Below are positions 1-14,131 of a stretch of 64,000 bases of DNA, piece after piece. Source of the stretch: Balamuthia mandrillaris (lineage: Eukaryota); the NCBI GenBank assembly GCA_031835245.2, contig JAVKOQ020000009.1, positions 62,001 to 126,000 of the forward strand, read 5' to 3'. A model generated the notes under the pieces. It searched no databases. It worked only from the letters and a program-made list of their open reading frames with translations, and had not been told where the DNA came from. Within the stretch, counting starts at the first letter, position 1; every line of letters begins with the position of its first letter. A program made the translations under genes and the position numbers.

Positions 1-3000
1 GCCAAGCCAGTATTTATCCCAACGAAAGCCCCCAAAGAAGGCCAACACCGCTGCAAGGTGCTGCTCCACAACCCCAACAACAAGAAGACCGATGAGCGCC
101 ACTGCTACGTGCCGCCAGCCGACGAGGAGGGGGCGCCCTCTGCCATTTTGGCCAGGCACACGGCAGCGGTGGTGGCCTTGCATGGCCAGTGCGGCTCGCT
201 GCAGCTGCATCAGCTGCTGCCGCCGCAGTTTCGGGAGCTGTGGCATCGCTTGGGGGAGCAGGCCAAAGTCAGGAAGCAGGCGGAGGAGGTCAAGGAGGCT
301 CGGAGGGAGGAGCGGAAGAACAAGGAGGAGAAGCGAGAAAAGTGGCTGGAGCGACTGCCGCAGGTGTTTATGAGCCCCACGGCTAGGCAGTTGGTGGAGA
401 ATGTGCTTAAGCAGCTTCAACAGCAGCAGAAACAACCAAAGCAGGAGACTGAAAAGCAACGAACAAGACAGAGCAAAGAGGTGGGAGAAACAGAAGAGGA
501 AGAAGAAAATGGGGGAAGGAAGCGAGAGGTATGGCGCAGGGTCAAGAACCGTCTCTTGCGACAAGGATGGAAAGAGGAAGATATCAACAAGGCATTTGAG
601 GAGGTAGAAGAGCTGGAAGATGATGGAGTACATAAAACAGAAGAAGAGAACTCCCTCATTGAGGCTACGGACCGGTTAGTCTCGCGACTGCTTGATTGGC
701 TCTGCCTCTACGTTCCTGAGCACGAGTTACCAAAGGCATTTGTACCAACCAAGTCCCTCGAAATAGGGGCTAGTTCTTTCGTGACATCTTCTACTTCTTC
801 GTCGCCTGCTTCTTCTCTTTCGTCGAACAACGATCAAGTCCTCTCTGAGGAGGAAAATAAGTTGCGTCGTTTGATGGATGCAGCAGAAGAGGCTGTGACC
901 CGGGCGGAGAAAGACAAAACTAAAAGCAAAAGTGTTAGAGAGGCAGAAGAAGAGGATGTTGCTCAACTATTGTGCGAAGCATGTAAAACGAAAGCTTTAG
1001 AAGGAAACCCTACCTCTATTCCGTGTGAGTGTTCGTCGGAGGAGTTACATTCGCAGAGAATGGATGAAATGATGGCCTTGGAGGCCATTCTTGGCGATCA
1101 ACTTCAAAAAGAAGAATCAGAAGAAGACGCCAATCCAGAGGCTACTTTACGATTCCGTATCCAACTTTCACCCGAATCACCGTCCTCACCGCTTCGCTCT
1201 TTGTTGGTGATAATCCCACCAACAACTCGCTCCAAGTACCCCTTTCAACTTCCTCTTTTTCTTCCGGAATTTGCTGTGGATGCAAACAGCAACGTCTCGA
1301 GGCAAGGCAAGATGCGAGTCTTCTTGGCGGCGGTGAAGGAAGCATCCGGCATTATGGGCTCTCCTATGATATACTCATTAGTGTTATGGCTTCAATCTGA
1401 CGCAGCTTCTGAACTAGCCTCTTCCTCCTCTTCGCCCTCTCCTTTGCTTTCGTCTTCTGCTGCTGCTTCACCCTCTCCTCTGCTTTCTTCTTCGTCTTTA
1501 CAAAAAGGAAGAAATAACGGCTCAAGTCAAAAACAACAGGCACCAATCAAAAGTATCAACCGAAAGAAACCATTGCCGCGTGATAAGACGATCCCTTCGT
1601 TATCACCGAGCGAAAAGCAAAGGCTAAACGAACTGTTGAAAGCCAAACAGGAGGAGCTGCTTCTTTCTCCGTCTCACCAAAAGATGCTCAAGGTACGACA
1701 ACACCTTCCCGCATGGCAAAAGCGAAAGGAATTCCTCTCCGCATTACACTCGCAACAAGTGTTAGTGGTGACGGGAGCGACTGGCTGCGGCAAGTCTACT
1801 CAAATACCACAATACGTGTTGGATGACATGATCCAACGAGGATGTGGAGCGGGGTGCAATATCATTTGCACGCAACCCCGCAGGATTTCTGCGGTCGGAT
1901 TGGCTTCTCGCGTCGCTCAAGAGAGAGGAGAAAATGTGGGACAAACCGTGGGTTATCAGATCCGGCTCGAGTCTGTTCGATCACAAGATACCAGGTAATT
2001 TTATTTGCTTCTATGCTTCGGCTCTTCTTACTTCTAGTTTTTGTTCTTCTTTGTAAATTTATCGGAAATCAGGTTAACGTTTTGCACGACTGGAATCCTA
2101 CTGCGGAGACTTAGTGGAGGTGAACGCTCGGCGAGCCTCAGCGATGTATCCCATATTATCGTAGACGAAGTCCACGAAAGGAGTGTCGAAAGTGACTTTC
2201 TTCTGATCATTTTGAAACGCCTGCTGCGAACGAGACCCAACATCAAACTCATCCTGATGAGTGCTACCGTCGAAGCTGAAACCTTTGCAAAGTACTTTAC
2301 AAGCATCAACAAGAACAACAATTCACAGTCTATTGTGAACATTCCAGGCTTTACTCACCCAGTCCGAGAGTTCTATTTGGAAGATACCATCGAAATGATG
2401 AATCTCTCTGCTGATTGTTTGTCAACGGGCGGCCGAAAGACGAAGAAGACAAAAGCATTGAAAGAAGAAGAGGAGAAACGCAGAGCAGAACTTGAACGGC
2501 AATTGTGCCCTTATGCTTCTCAACATTATCATCAAACAGATAGCTATAGCAGCAATACTATAGATGTACTCGCGCAAATTAGCGAAGACAAGATCGACTT
2601 TGGCGTGTTGGAGAACCTGATATGGTTCTTGTGTTCTCATCCAGAGCGATTCCCTGAGCTCAAAGATGAAGAGATACCCAAGAACGAACAAGAAACAAAA
2701 GAAGAAACTTCAGCTGCTGCGCTTGGTGCTGTGCTGGTGTTCTTACCAGGCATTGGTGACATACTTAACCTTTATCAGCGATTGAAGCATTCCGCTTCCT
2801 CTTTCGCAACGAAAGTTTGGGTGCTTCCATTACACTCTTCCATATCTAGCGCTGAACAGCAAAAGGTGTTTGAACGACCTCCACCTGGTACCCGCAAAAT
2901 CATACTAGCCACAAAGTACTTCGTTCCTTTCTTTTTTGCTTCTTGCGCTTATTCTTCTCTGGTTCTATTTTTTTTTTTTTTTTTTTTGCTTATTCATTCC

Positions 3001-4762
3001 CATCCTCCGTTCTCTATCATTTTTTTTCCTTCTTGATAATGCAATACTTACTTTTTTATCAGCATTGCAGAAACTAGTATAACCATAAACGATGTCAGGA
3101 TAGTAATCGACACCGGTAAAATGAACGAGCTGCAATACGACCCGATGAGCCACATGACCTGCCTCACAGAGACTTGGGTGGCCAATGCCAACGCTGTGCA
3201 ACGCAGAGGAAGAGCAGGTCGTGTATCTCAAGGTCTTTGCTTCTTCATGTACACGAGACAGAGAGCGAATTCTTTTCCAGCGCAACGACCGCCAGAGATC
3301 CTTCGTGTTCCTTTAGAGCAGCTTTGTTTGCAGATAAAGCAAATGGATGGACATGCCTCCATTCAGACCTTTTTACAGGAGGCTCTTGAGCCACCTTCCT
3401 TTGAATCCATCAAAGCAGCCATCAAGGTTTGTTTGTTTCTGCTTCACTATGCTCTCTCTTTCTCTCACCACATGATCCATGTTTCTAACGTGGCAATGGA
3501 TAGGCATTGCAACAAGCGAACGCATTAAGTCCTAACGAAGAGCTAACTGCATTGGGTCATCATCTGGCTTTCCTTCCGGTGGACGTTCACATAGGCAAGT
3601 TATTGCTCTTTGGCGCCATCTTCCGTTGCTTGGACCCAATCTTGACTATCGCTGCCTTCATGAGCTCTCGTTCTCCCTTTTATTCTCCAGTGGACAGAAG
3701 AGAAGAGGCTAACAAGGCTAAACAGGCTTTGGCCACCAGCAACAGCGATCATTTGACTATGTTGAACGCCTATGCTGGTTGGTTGGCTGCTAGGAAATCC
3801 GGTAAAGCTGCTGAGTACGCCTATTGCAACGAGGTATTTCTGCTCTCTTTCCTCACTCGCTTTCATCTTCGTTAATTCATTCTTCATTCTCCCTTCTATT
3901 CTTTTTTATCCTTTTGCTTTCTTTTTGCTGCCGACAGAACTTCATATCAGCAACAACGCTGAAAGAAGTCATAGACCTCAAAATCCAATATGTGGAGCTC
4001 CTCTCCGAGATCGGCTTTCTGCACGAGCAACACCGCTCCAACATTGCTCGAGCCATTCGCAACGCCAACCACCAACAAAAGAAGGCTTGGCGGTGGGATG
4101 GGGTACGCGATTTCCTGGGAGAAGAATGGAACGCAAACGCGGATGATCGACGTGTGTTGACAGCCGTTCTCTGTTGCGGTTTGTATCCCAACGTAGTCAG
4201 CATTCGCTCTCCGGAGACAAAGTTCAAGCAGGTGCTGCCGGGCACCATCGCACAGCCTCATGAAGCTAAAGAGCTTAAGTTTTTCACTCGCGATGATGGT
4301 TTGTTTTGTTACTTTTTTCGCTCGTATTGCATGTACGTGTCTCATCTTTTCTTTCCCAAAGGACGCGTATTCATCCATCCGCAGTCAGTAAACTTTGTGG
4401 AGGGTAACTATAGCAGCCCCTGGCTCCTCTACAGCCAAAAAGTCAAAACCAGCAAGGTCTTCATCCGCGAATGCACCATGGTCTCCCACTACCCTCTCCT
4501 TCTCTTTGGCGGCGACGTCTCCGTGGTGCACCACCCCCAGCAACCTCTCCTTCAGGTGGACACTTGGATTCAGTTCAAGGCCGACTCGAGGATAGCCGTC
4601 CTGGTGAAGGCCATCCGCAAGGAGCTGGACGTGTTGTTGGAGAGGAAGATCAAGGACCCTGCTTTGGACATCGAGGAGAGCCCTTTGGTGCGGCTTATCG
4701 TTCAGCTGGTTGTGAGTGATGGTCTCATCGGACCTTCCGAGGTTGGGCTATGGACGTTTTGA
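1..4762 (+). CDS. DEAH-box RNA helicase, DHX57/DHX29/DHX36-like, with UBA-like and RWD regions; 5' partial, multi-exon
   Basis: Helicase motifs GATGCGKSTQIPQ, TQPRRISA, DEVHER, MSAT, QRRGRAGR; HA2 (LTALGHHLAFLPVD) and OB-fold (FIHPQSVN) regions; RWD-like DEMMALEAI...YPFQLP. GT-AG introns restore the frame (e.g. 1995-2072). Stop at 4762. Confidence 0.92.
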
Positions 4763-4899
4763 AAAGAAAAACAAAAACCTACTCCATCAAAACAAATATA
4801 TACCAAACAAACGAACAGAGAGAGGAAGAGAGAGAGAGAGAGAGAGAGAGAAAACCAAATAAACTAAATAAATAAAAATAACAAACAGCAAAAAGAAAT

Positions 4900-4972
4900 C
4901 TCCTCTGGTTGGGCTCGAACCAACGACCTCCTGATTAACAGTCAGACGCTCTACCGACTAAGCTACAGAGGA
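4900..4972 (-). tRNA. tRNA-Asn (GTT)
   Basis: Reverse complement TCCTCTGTAGCTTAGTCGGTAGAGCGTCTGACTGTTAATCAGGAGGTCGTTGGTTCGAGCCCAACCAGAGGAG folds into a cloverleaf with a 7-bp acceptor stem, GTT anticodon and TTCGA T-loop. No encoded CCA; a TTTTT Pol III terminator follows. Confidence 0.95.
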
Positions 4973-5201
4973 AGTTGCGAAGATGTCGAAATTCATCGGT
5001 TGTCAAGAAAAATAAGCCAGGATGAGGTTGTCGGGTCGTTGCGAGAACCCAATTCCTTTTCTCTTCTGGTTGCGGAGAGGAAGAAAGCAGGGGGAGTGGT
5101 TACCGTCCGTGGTTCTGCTTTGGCTCGTTTTTCGATTTGATTCGCCCCTCCCTCACTTTTGAGTCTTACGGTCGTTAAAGGAGAAAAATAATTTGTAGAG
5201 A

Positions 5202-6598
5202 ATGGGCATCCTAGAAAAGATCAAAGAGATAGAGGATGAGATGGCCAGAACGCAAAAGAACAAGGCCACGGAGTACCATTTGGGCACTCTGAAGGCCAAG
5301 CTGGCCAAGCTGCGCACCCAGCTGCTGGAACCTCCCAAAGGCTCTGGAGGGGCTGGTGAAGGCTTCGACGTGAAGCGGTTTGGCGATGCGCGTGTTGCCC
5401 TCATTGGTTTTCCTAGGTACGATCCCTCTTTGCTTTTTTTTTGCTTTTTCTTCCTTTGCTCATCGAATTCACTTCTCTGCTCTCTTCTCTCTTCTCTTGC
5501 CTCTCTTTTTGATTCCAAGTGTGGGCAAGTCAACACTGTTGGGCACTGTGACAGAGACGTCCTCCCTGGCGGCAGCCTACGAGTTCACCACGCTGACCTG
5601 CATTCCAGGCGTCATCCACTACAACGACACAAAGATCCAGCTGCTCGATTTGCCGGGTATCATCGAGGGTGCCGCTCACGGCAAAGGCCGAGGAAGACAG
5701 GTCATCGCCGTGGCCAAGTCCGCCGATCTGGTGCTGATGGTGCTGGACGCGGCCAAGGAGGGCAGCGTGCACAACCACCGCGCCATCCTAGAGAACGAAC
5801 TGCACACGGTGGGCCTTCGATTGAACCAGGACCCACCCGACATTTACTTCAAGGTCAAGCCCTCTGGCGGCGTGTCCTTCAACACGACGCTGCCCTTGAC
5901 CAAGCTGGGACCCAACCCCAAGGACACCGTCTACAAGATCCTCAAAGAGTACAAGATCCACAACGCGGAGGTGCTGTTTAAGGAGGACGCAGACGTGGAC
6001 CAGTTCATCGACGTGGTGGAGGGCAACCGAAAGTACGTCAAGTGCCTTTACGTCTACAACAAGATCGACATGGTAAGCTTGGAGCAGGTGGATGAGCTGG
6101 CGCGGAGGCCCAACAGCATCGTCATCAGCTGTAACCTCAAGCTCAACCTGGACCGCCTGTTGGAGTACATCTGGGAGTACCTGGGCCTTGTCCGCGTTTA
6201 CACCAAGAAAAAGGGCAACCCTCCCAACTTTTCTGAACCTATCGTTCTTACTAGTGCGTCTCCTCTCTCCCTCTCCTCTCCCTTTTCCTTGTTAACATTT
6301 TTGTTGCTATTCGTGTTAAATAGGAGGAAGAAATGGAGTGACAGTGCAAGCAGCATGCGCATCGATACACAAAGAAATGGTCAGCAACTTCAAGTACGCA
6401 TTGGTATGGGGTACCAGCGCCAAACACTGTCCGCAACGGTGTGGCCTCTCCCACGAGCTGCACGACCAAGACGTGCTTCAAATCGCAGTCAAAACGGCAG
6501 AAGAACAACGTCACGACAAGAACTATGGAGACAAAGTGCAAGCCTACTATAAGAGCTACCATGAGAAAAAGAAGAAGAAGGCTAAGTTGAAGACATAA
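5202..6598 (+). CDS. DRG2: Developmentally regulated GTP-binding protein (DRG2/Rbg2-like), 3 exons
   Basis: [29 protein letters not shown]1 motif GFPSVGKST (spanning intron 1), YEFTTLT, DLPG, NKID, C-terminal TGS domain. Confidence 0.93.
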
Positions 6599-6688
6599 AC
6601 AACAATACTACTTTTTCTTCACTTTACTGTCTTTTTTTTTTTACAGAATGCACAAAGAAAAGAAGAGAACGACCACAAATATTGTTCT

Positions 6689-8500
6689 TCAAACAATATT
6701 TGTGGTACTGTTGGGTGGTGGCGCGATACGCGGTTCATGAGGCAGCAACGCACGATGCGGGTAGAATACCTGCACAAACCAAACAAATGAGAGAGAGAGA
6801 GAGAATGAGCGATGAGTGTAGGTTGAAAGAGGAAAAAAAAGGGAGGTAGAACGCACATAGCGGTCGTGCAACGGCACTTTGAGAAGGTTCTCAAGTCGAC
6901 TGGTGTAGATGTCCGCGTGACGGCGAATCGTATATCTTTTAAGAACAATAAACAATAAGTTGCTGAAAGGAGGAATAAGATAGAGATGAACGTACGCAAA
7001 GAAGGAGTTGTTGTGATATGTTCTGCGTGAGAAAAACGTGAGTAATGGTAAAACGATTTCTTTGCAGAGATTAAAAAGCGGGCGCTTACTTGAACACGCT
7101 GCCAAAGTAGTCATTGAACAGATGTTTCAGAGCGTGCTTGTAAACATCTCTATGTTTTGTCCACTGTTCAATTGTTTCTTCCTCATCCCCAAACTCAGAA
7201 CAGTCTCTATAACATTCCAATGAAATGACGAGCGATAGAGAACAGAGAACAGAGAACGTGAGGAAAGAGAAATAGCGAAGGCAAAATAGAAAGGAGCAAA
7301 GAGAAAAGAGAGACCTGAGCAATTTCTCCAAGTCAAGAAGATGAGTCAATATTTTGCGGTAACGAACAGAGTTCTGAATCTCTATTTCTTTCTCCAATGC
7401 TGCCACAATGAAGCCAGTTCTCCAACCCGTAAGATTCGGTGCTACTATGTCCGCATCTATTTTGTAAAAACGAGATTGAGGAAAACCAGAAAAGTTAGAC
7501 AAACACAAACAAAAATAAAACTGAAAAAGAAAGTTTAAATCAACCTAACAAACAAACAAACAAACAAACAAACAAACAAACAAACAAACAAACAAACAAA
7601 CAAACAAACACACCTAAATGATCTCCAAAGAAGAGAATAGAGTTGCCGCTCCACCCAGTAAGCTTTTCCAGCTCGTTCAAGCTGCCATGCACATAAACCT
7701 CTCCTGTCTTTAACTCCTGGACCTGCTTCCAAGTGAACCGTCCCGTCCCTCGATCTACCTTTCGAAACGGTCTTGCTTGCGAGTAAAAGAGCGGTTTTTG
7801 AGCGTCTGTGATGATGACATCAAACAGACTTTCCCATGAAGAAGAAGACGAAGACAGCATGTGTCTCATTCCAGCATCGACGAAGTGGTAGGAGCTGTTC
7901 GTGAGAAGAAACAGCTTTTTGCCCATTTTCTCCCGAAGACCTTGAAGAAGAGCTGCAACGTTTGGACTCTTTCCAAGATATTTAGGTAAGTCGTAGAGGA
8001 TTTCCTTGTGTAGAATACCTCGTTCGTGGGCTAAATTTATTGCGGATGCGATGTCTTCGTGGATTGCGAATGCATTGAATGATATGCCATTATCTAATTG
8101 AGAACACATGTCAGCACACTGATGTCTTATTTCTGCTCACTGCTTTTTCCTTCTAGTTTGCTTTTTCTCTACAATCTTTTACTTATTTTTTCTTTCAAAA
8201 AATAAAGAGTTAAATCTTACCGACAAAGTATTGGATCACATCAGCGAGAAGGCAAACTTCTGCATTGCTGAAAATGTCTGAAATGAATCGTAACGTGGGG
8301 TGATCTTCCTAATAACAAGTATGGGCACATAAGGACAAGAAAACACCAGGCACAAATACAACGATAAACATACGTTGATTCTGTTATTGGGATAAGCTTC
8401 GCTGATTTCCTCTGCACTCAACGCTCGACGGCCATGCACGCTATTGTATTAAAGAAGAGAAAAAAACACAAAGCAAGAAACCGAAAGTAAACAATAGGGC

Positions 8501-8544
<44 letters not shown>

Positions 8545-9285
8545 AACCAAGAATAAACCCGATAAAAGGAATCTAGTTTTAGGAGATGGCCTTTGCTGAC
8601 ATCGTAGTGAAGTCCTCTTACGGCAAAGGTATGATCGTATTCCTTAGTATGTAACTCTGATGGATATCTGCACGTAACTCAACAAAATAAATATCATGGA
8701 ACATAAAAAAGAGGTGAAGAAGAAGGAGAAGAAGAAGAAGAAGGAGAAGAAGAAGAAGAAGAAGAAGAAGAAGAAGGAGAAGAAGAAGGAGAAGAAGAAG
8801 AAGAAGGAGAAGAAGAAGAAGAAGGAGAAGAAGCAGAAGAAGGAGAAGAAACCCATATTTATCAATAAGGCGGTCCAAAGCCAAGCGATAGATCAGTGGC
8901 TCTACCTGGGAAGAATAGTTGGCCAAAGTATAGTCGTAGTCGAATCCTATCACCTTGATATCTCCAAGTCTTATTTCCTGATTTACAAAAACATCCTATA
9001 TATTTGTTTGTGTTTGGTTATTTATTTGAACGAACCGTGAAGAAAGAGAAGTGAGGACAGAGAGACGACGAGGGAATGCGGAAGAAAGGAGTGAAATGAG
9101 ATAACAGGGAGAAGAGATACAGAGAGGAGTCAACAGAGAGAGAGAGAGAGAGAGAGAGAGAAGTACGAAAGAACACTGGAGAAGAGAGAGATAACATAAA
9201 GAGTGAAAACAACGGAAGAGCACTGAGAGAGAGAGCGAGAGAGAGAGAGAGCGAGAGCGAGAGAGAGCGAGAGAGAGCGAGAGAG

Positions 9286-9327
<42 letters not shown>

Positions 9328-9828
9328 GAAGAGCACAAAGGAGGGAGTAACCAGAAGACGAAGAACAAGAACAACAACCAGACAAACGACCAAGAACAGA
9401 GGAACGAGATGGAACAAATCAAAAATAATAGAAAAAACAAGAACGAACGGTGGGCTTGTTCAAGGGAATGCTCTTCAACACGTCGTCATGTCGCTCTCGC
9501 TCGAGGAACTCCTGGTAATAATGGAGCATCTGTTTGTTTCTTTTGGGCTCCACCAACGCAGCGCGCGGCGGTAGTTCTGGCACTGTTCATCATCAACCCC
9601 ATAGAGCGCCAGTCAGCAATCAAAGTGAGTAAAAAATGGGAGAGAGAGAGAGGGAGAGAGGGAGAAACCGGTTGGAAATAGGGAGGATGAACAGAAACGA
9701 CGCTGGGAAAAGGAACTGCACGCTGAGGCCACACTGAATCGACAAGGGGTGAGCGCGAAGCGATGGCGAGCCGCGCAGCTGCGGCCAACCCATCGCAAAC
9801 CTGCCGCCTCCCTTCCCAACGAGTTCAT
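6689..9828 (-). CDS. HAD-superfamily 5'-nucleotidase (cN-II/NT5DC family), probable mitochondrial presequence, multi-exon
   Basis: Motif I GFDYDYTL, LFLLTNS, FDVIITDAQKPLF, FGDHL...GWRTG, FGSVF, ADIYTSRLENL. The Arg/Ser-rich N-terminus MNSLGREAAGLRWVGRSCAARHRF starts at 9828 (start inferred). Confidence 0.88.
8716..8850. repeat. (AAG/GAG)n microsatellite in an NT5DC intron
   Basis: Direct reading of the sequence. Confidence 0.95.
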
Positions 9829-10016
9829 CCTTTTTTTTTGTTTGGTATGAGGCTTCGCGTCGACCCGGGTATCCAACGATTTGTGTCGACATCCAAATGA
9901 TACGCGTTCGACTCCCGCTGTAGCGTTTCTTTTTTTATTTTTTTTATTTATTTTTTATTTATTTTTTATTTATTTTATTTTATTTTATTTTATTTATTTT
10001 AAAATGTTTTTGTTGT

Positions 10017-11818
<1,802 letters not shown>

Positions 11819-11924
11819 CTTTTTTTTCGTTCAGGTTTGTTTTTCTCGTGTCGACATTGATTTATAACTATTAGCCAGCATTGTACCAATTTTTCCAACC
11901 TATTACAGCCATCTTCGTAAGCGG

Positions 11925-11994
11925 TGACGTCAGATATGACGTGTCCGTTGATCAAATGACGTCATCTTTGTTTATATAAGGAAAAATGACGTAA
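11925..11994. promoter_or_regulatory. Cluster of CRE-like TGACGTCA/TGACGT sites in the TRM61 / glycoside hydrolase divergent promoter
   Basis: TGACGTCA at 11925 and 11957, TGACGTG at about 11937, TGACGTAA at 11987. Confidence 0.55.
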
Positions 11995-12179
11995 ATAAGT
12001 TAATCAAGATTGTAATTTGGCTAAATGGATTCATTCGAGGCATCTCATTGGTGAGTCTCCTATATTAACAAAAAAAAAAGTGCGCGTATCACGTGTGCAG
12101 CCCTGTAACTCTCCTTCTTATTTCTTGTTCGCAGCGGCACCACACACAAAACTCAAACCTAACTTGCGCTCAAACGAAC

Positions 12180-13972
12180 ATGACGCACTCTCTGTGCTTT
12201 AAGCTGTTCATCCTGCTGGGCGTGTCCGCGGTGTTGTGGCTGGGATGGGCCGAGGCTCAACGCGAGCTCGTCTACTCCCAGGAGAGACAGCAAGGCAACC
12301 CGTTGCGAGGCTGGATGACCTACGGCGGAGGTAAAGTCTCCCTGGAGTACAGCTACTTCTCCATGCACACGCTGATGACCGGCCCGAACACTTTTGAATG
12401 GGAGGAGCTCGATGGTTGGATTGAAGACGTTGCCGCAAAGTATTCATTCTTTTTTGTTGCTTCCTCTTTGCTTTAGTTTGCTTATTTACCAAAAAAACCA
12501 TAACAAACAAACGAACGAACAGGAAGAGGCATGTAGTATTTCGCGTGGTGGTGGACTATCCGGGAGATCCATTCTACAAGGCCCCGACCTACTTGGACCT
12601 GGACTACACCGATTACACTGCCTACGGCGACTCCGGCAGATATCCCGACTACACCAACGAGGACTTTCAGGACGCTCTCGTCAACTTTATCGCCGCCTTG
12701 GGGGAGCGCTATGATGGAGATCAGCGCATTGCTGCCATAAAGGTGTTTTTTTGTGGTCCTTTCTATCTTGGCGTTTCCTTCTTTCTTGCCTTCCTTTGGC
12801 GTTTCCTTCTTCCTTTCTGTCTGTCTTAGTTTCTTTTTCAGCTTACAAGATGCGGTTAAACAGGTAGGCCTTCTGGGTTATTGGGGAGAATGGCACATGT
12901 TGGAGGGATTCCCATCCAAAGCGTTGCAAGAGAAGGTCTTACAAGCCTTTGATGACGCCTTTGACACAACTCACGTCCTTGTTAGCGTTGATGCCGTATG
13001 TCGTTTCTCTTTCTCTTTGCTCTTTCTGTTTCTGTTTCTCTTTGCTCTTTCTCTTTCTCCTCCCTCGGTTTCTTTCTCTTTCGCCGTTTTTCTCTCCCGT
13101 TTAGCTTCCTTCTTACCACTATGCTCCCTTGCAGTTAGAGCGCAGCAGCGGAGAAGAGATCAAGAACCACCAAATCGGTCTTCACGACGACTCCTACGCC
13201 GGCTCCACGCTGCAGCAAAGCTACCCTGCCTCGGTGGAGCAAGGCACCGACCAACGTTGGAAGGAGCTGATGTTTGGCGGAGAGCTGACCTACGAAGTCG
13301 GCGGCGATCAGGACACCTTCTTCAACAAGGCGAGCGGCCTTCAAAAGTTTCTGGACACCATAGAGAAGATGCCCGTCTCGTGGTTGCTCAACGAGGCCAT
13401 CAAGGATTATGGCGCCACGGCTTTGGAGAGAGCCAGAGAGGCGGAGAGCAGGATGGGCTATCAGTACTATGTTCGCTCCGTGGCTGCCCTCTCCAACGGC
13501 ATTGAAGTGGAGGTAGAAAACAGAGGTGCGGAGGCTTCTTTCTTTTGCGGTTCTTCTCGTTCCCTTTCGGTCGTGCTTCATGTCGTTGACGATGTTCTTT
13601 CCAAAAGGTTCAACTCCGTTCTACTATGAAATCAGCTTGGAGGCATCCATCGATGGAGGAGAGACGGTGCTAACCTCTTCCACGGAAGACTCCAACGAGC
13701 TTGCCTTCCTCCAAAACGGAACCTCTGTTGTGATCTTCTTGCCGTTTGAGGCGGCTGCAGGCTCTTCGCTGGACGTCACCCTGGCGCTTCGCAGTCCCAT
13801 GCTGTTGGACGGCCAGAAGATCTTCTTTGCCAATGAAGAGGTGGAGGATGATGCAACGCTTGCAGTCAACGGCTTAGAAGTCTCCTCCGAGACGGGTGAC
13901 GGAGGAGATGGTAATGATGGAGGAGATGGTTCCGGCGCGAGTTGCCTTTGTCCAGTTCGTTTTGGCTTTTGA
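12180..13972 (+). CDS. Secreted glycoside-hydrolase-like protein (DUF4832 / GH clan A-like), multi-exon
   Basis: Signal peptide (MTHSLCFKLFILLGVSAVLWLGWAEA), then GNPLRGW, LGERYDGD.RI, QVGLLGYWGEWH, GLHDDS, FGGEL, MGYQY, ENRG..PFYY. These motifs recall bacterial DUF4832 proteins. Confidence 0.7.
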
Positions 13973-14131
13973 GCAACGTATTCCTGTTGAAAACAATGTC
14001 CACAACGCAATAATAAAAGACCACCAAGCAACAACAGGGCACAATGTTGAAGGGTGAGAGAGAGAGAGAGAGAAGCTTCAGGAAAGATGAAAGACAAAGC
14101 AGAAAAAAGTCAAAAGCAACAGAGAGAAGGC

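Noticed and set aside
13930..14015. Possible frameshift hiding a GPI-anchor signal (..SSFWLLSNVFLL..) at the end of the DUF4832-like gene
   Set aside because: The alternative tail is only modestly hydrophobic and no homolog is available for comparison, so it is unsupported.
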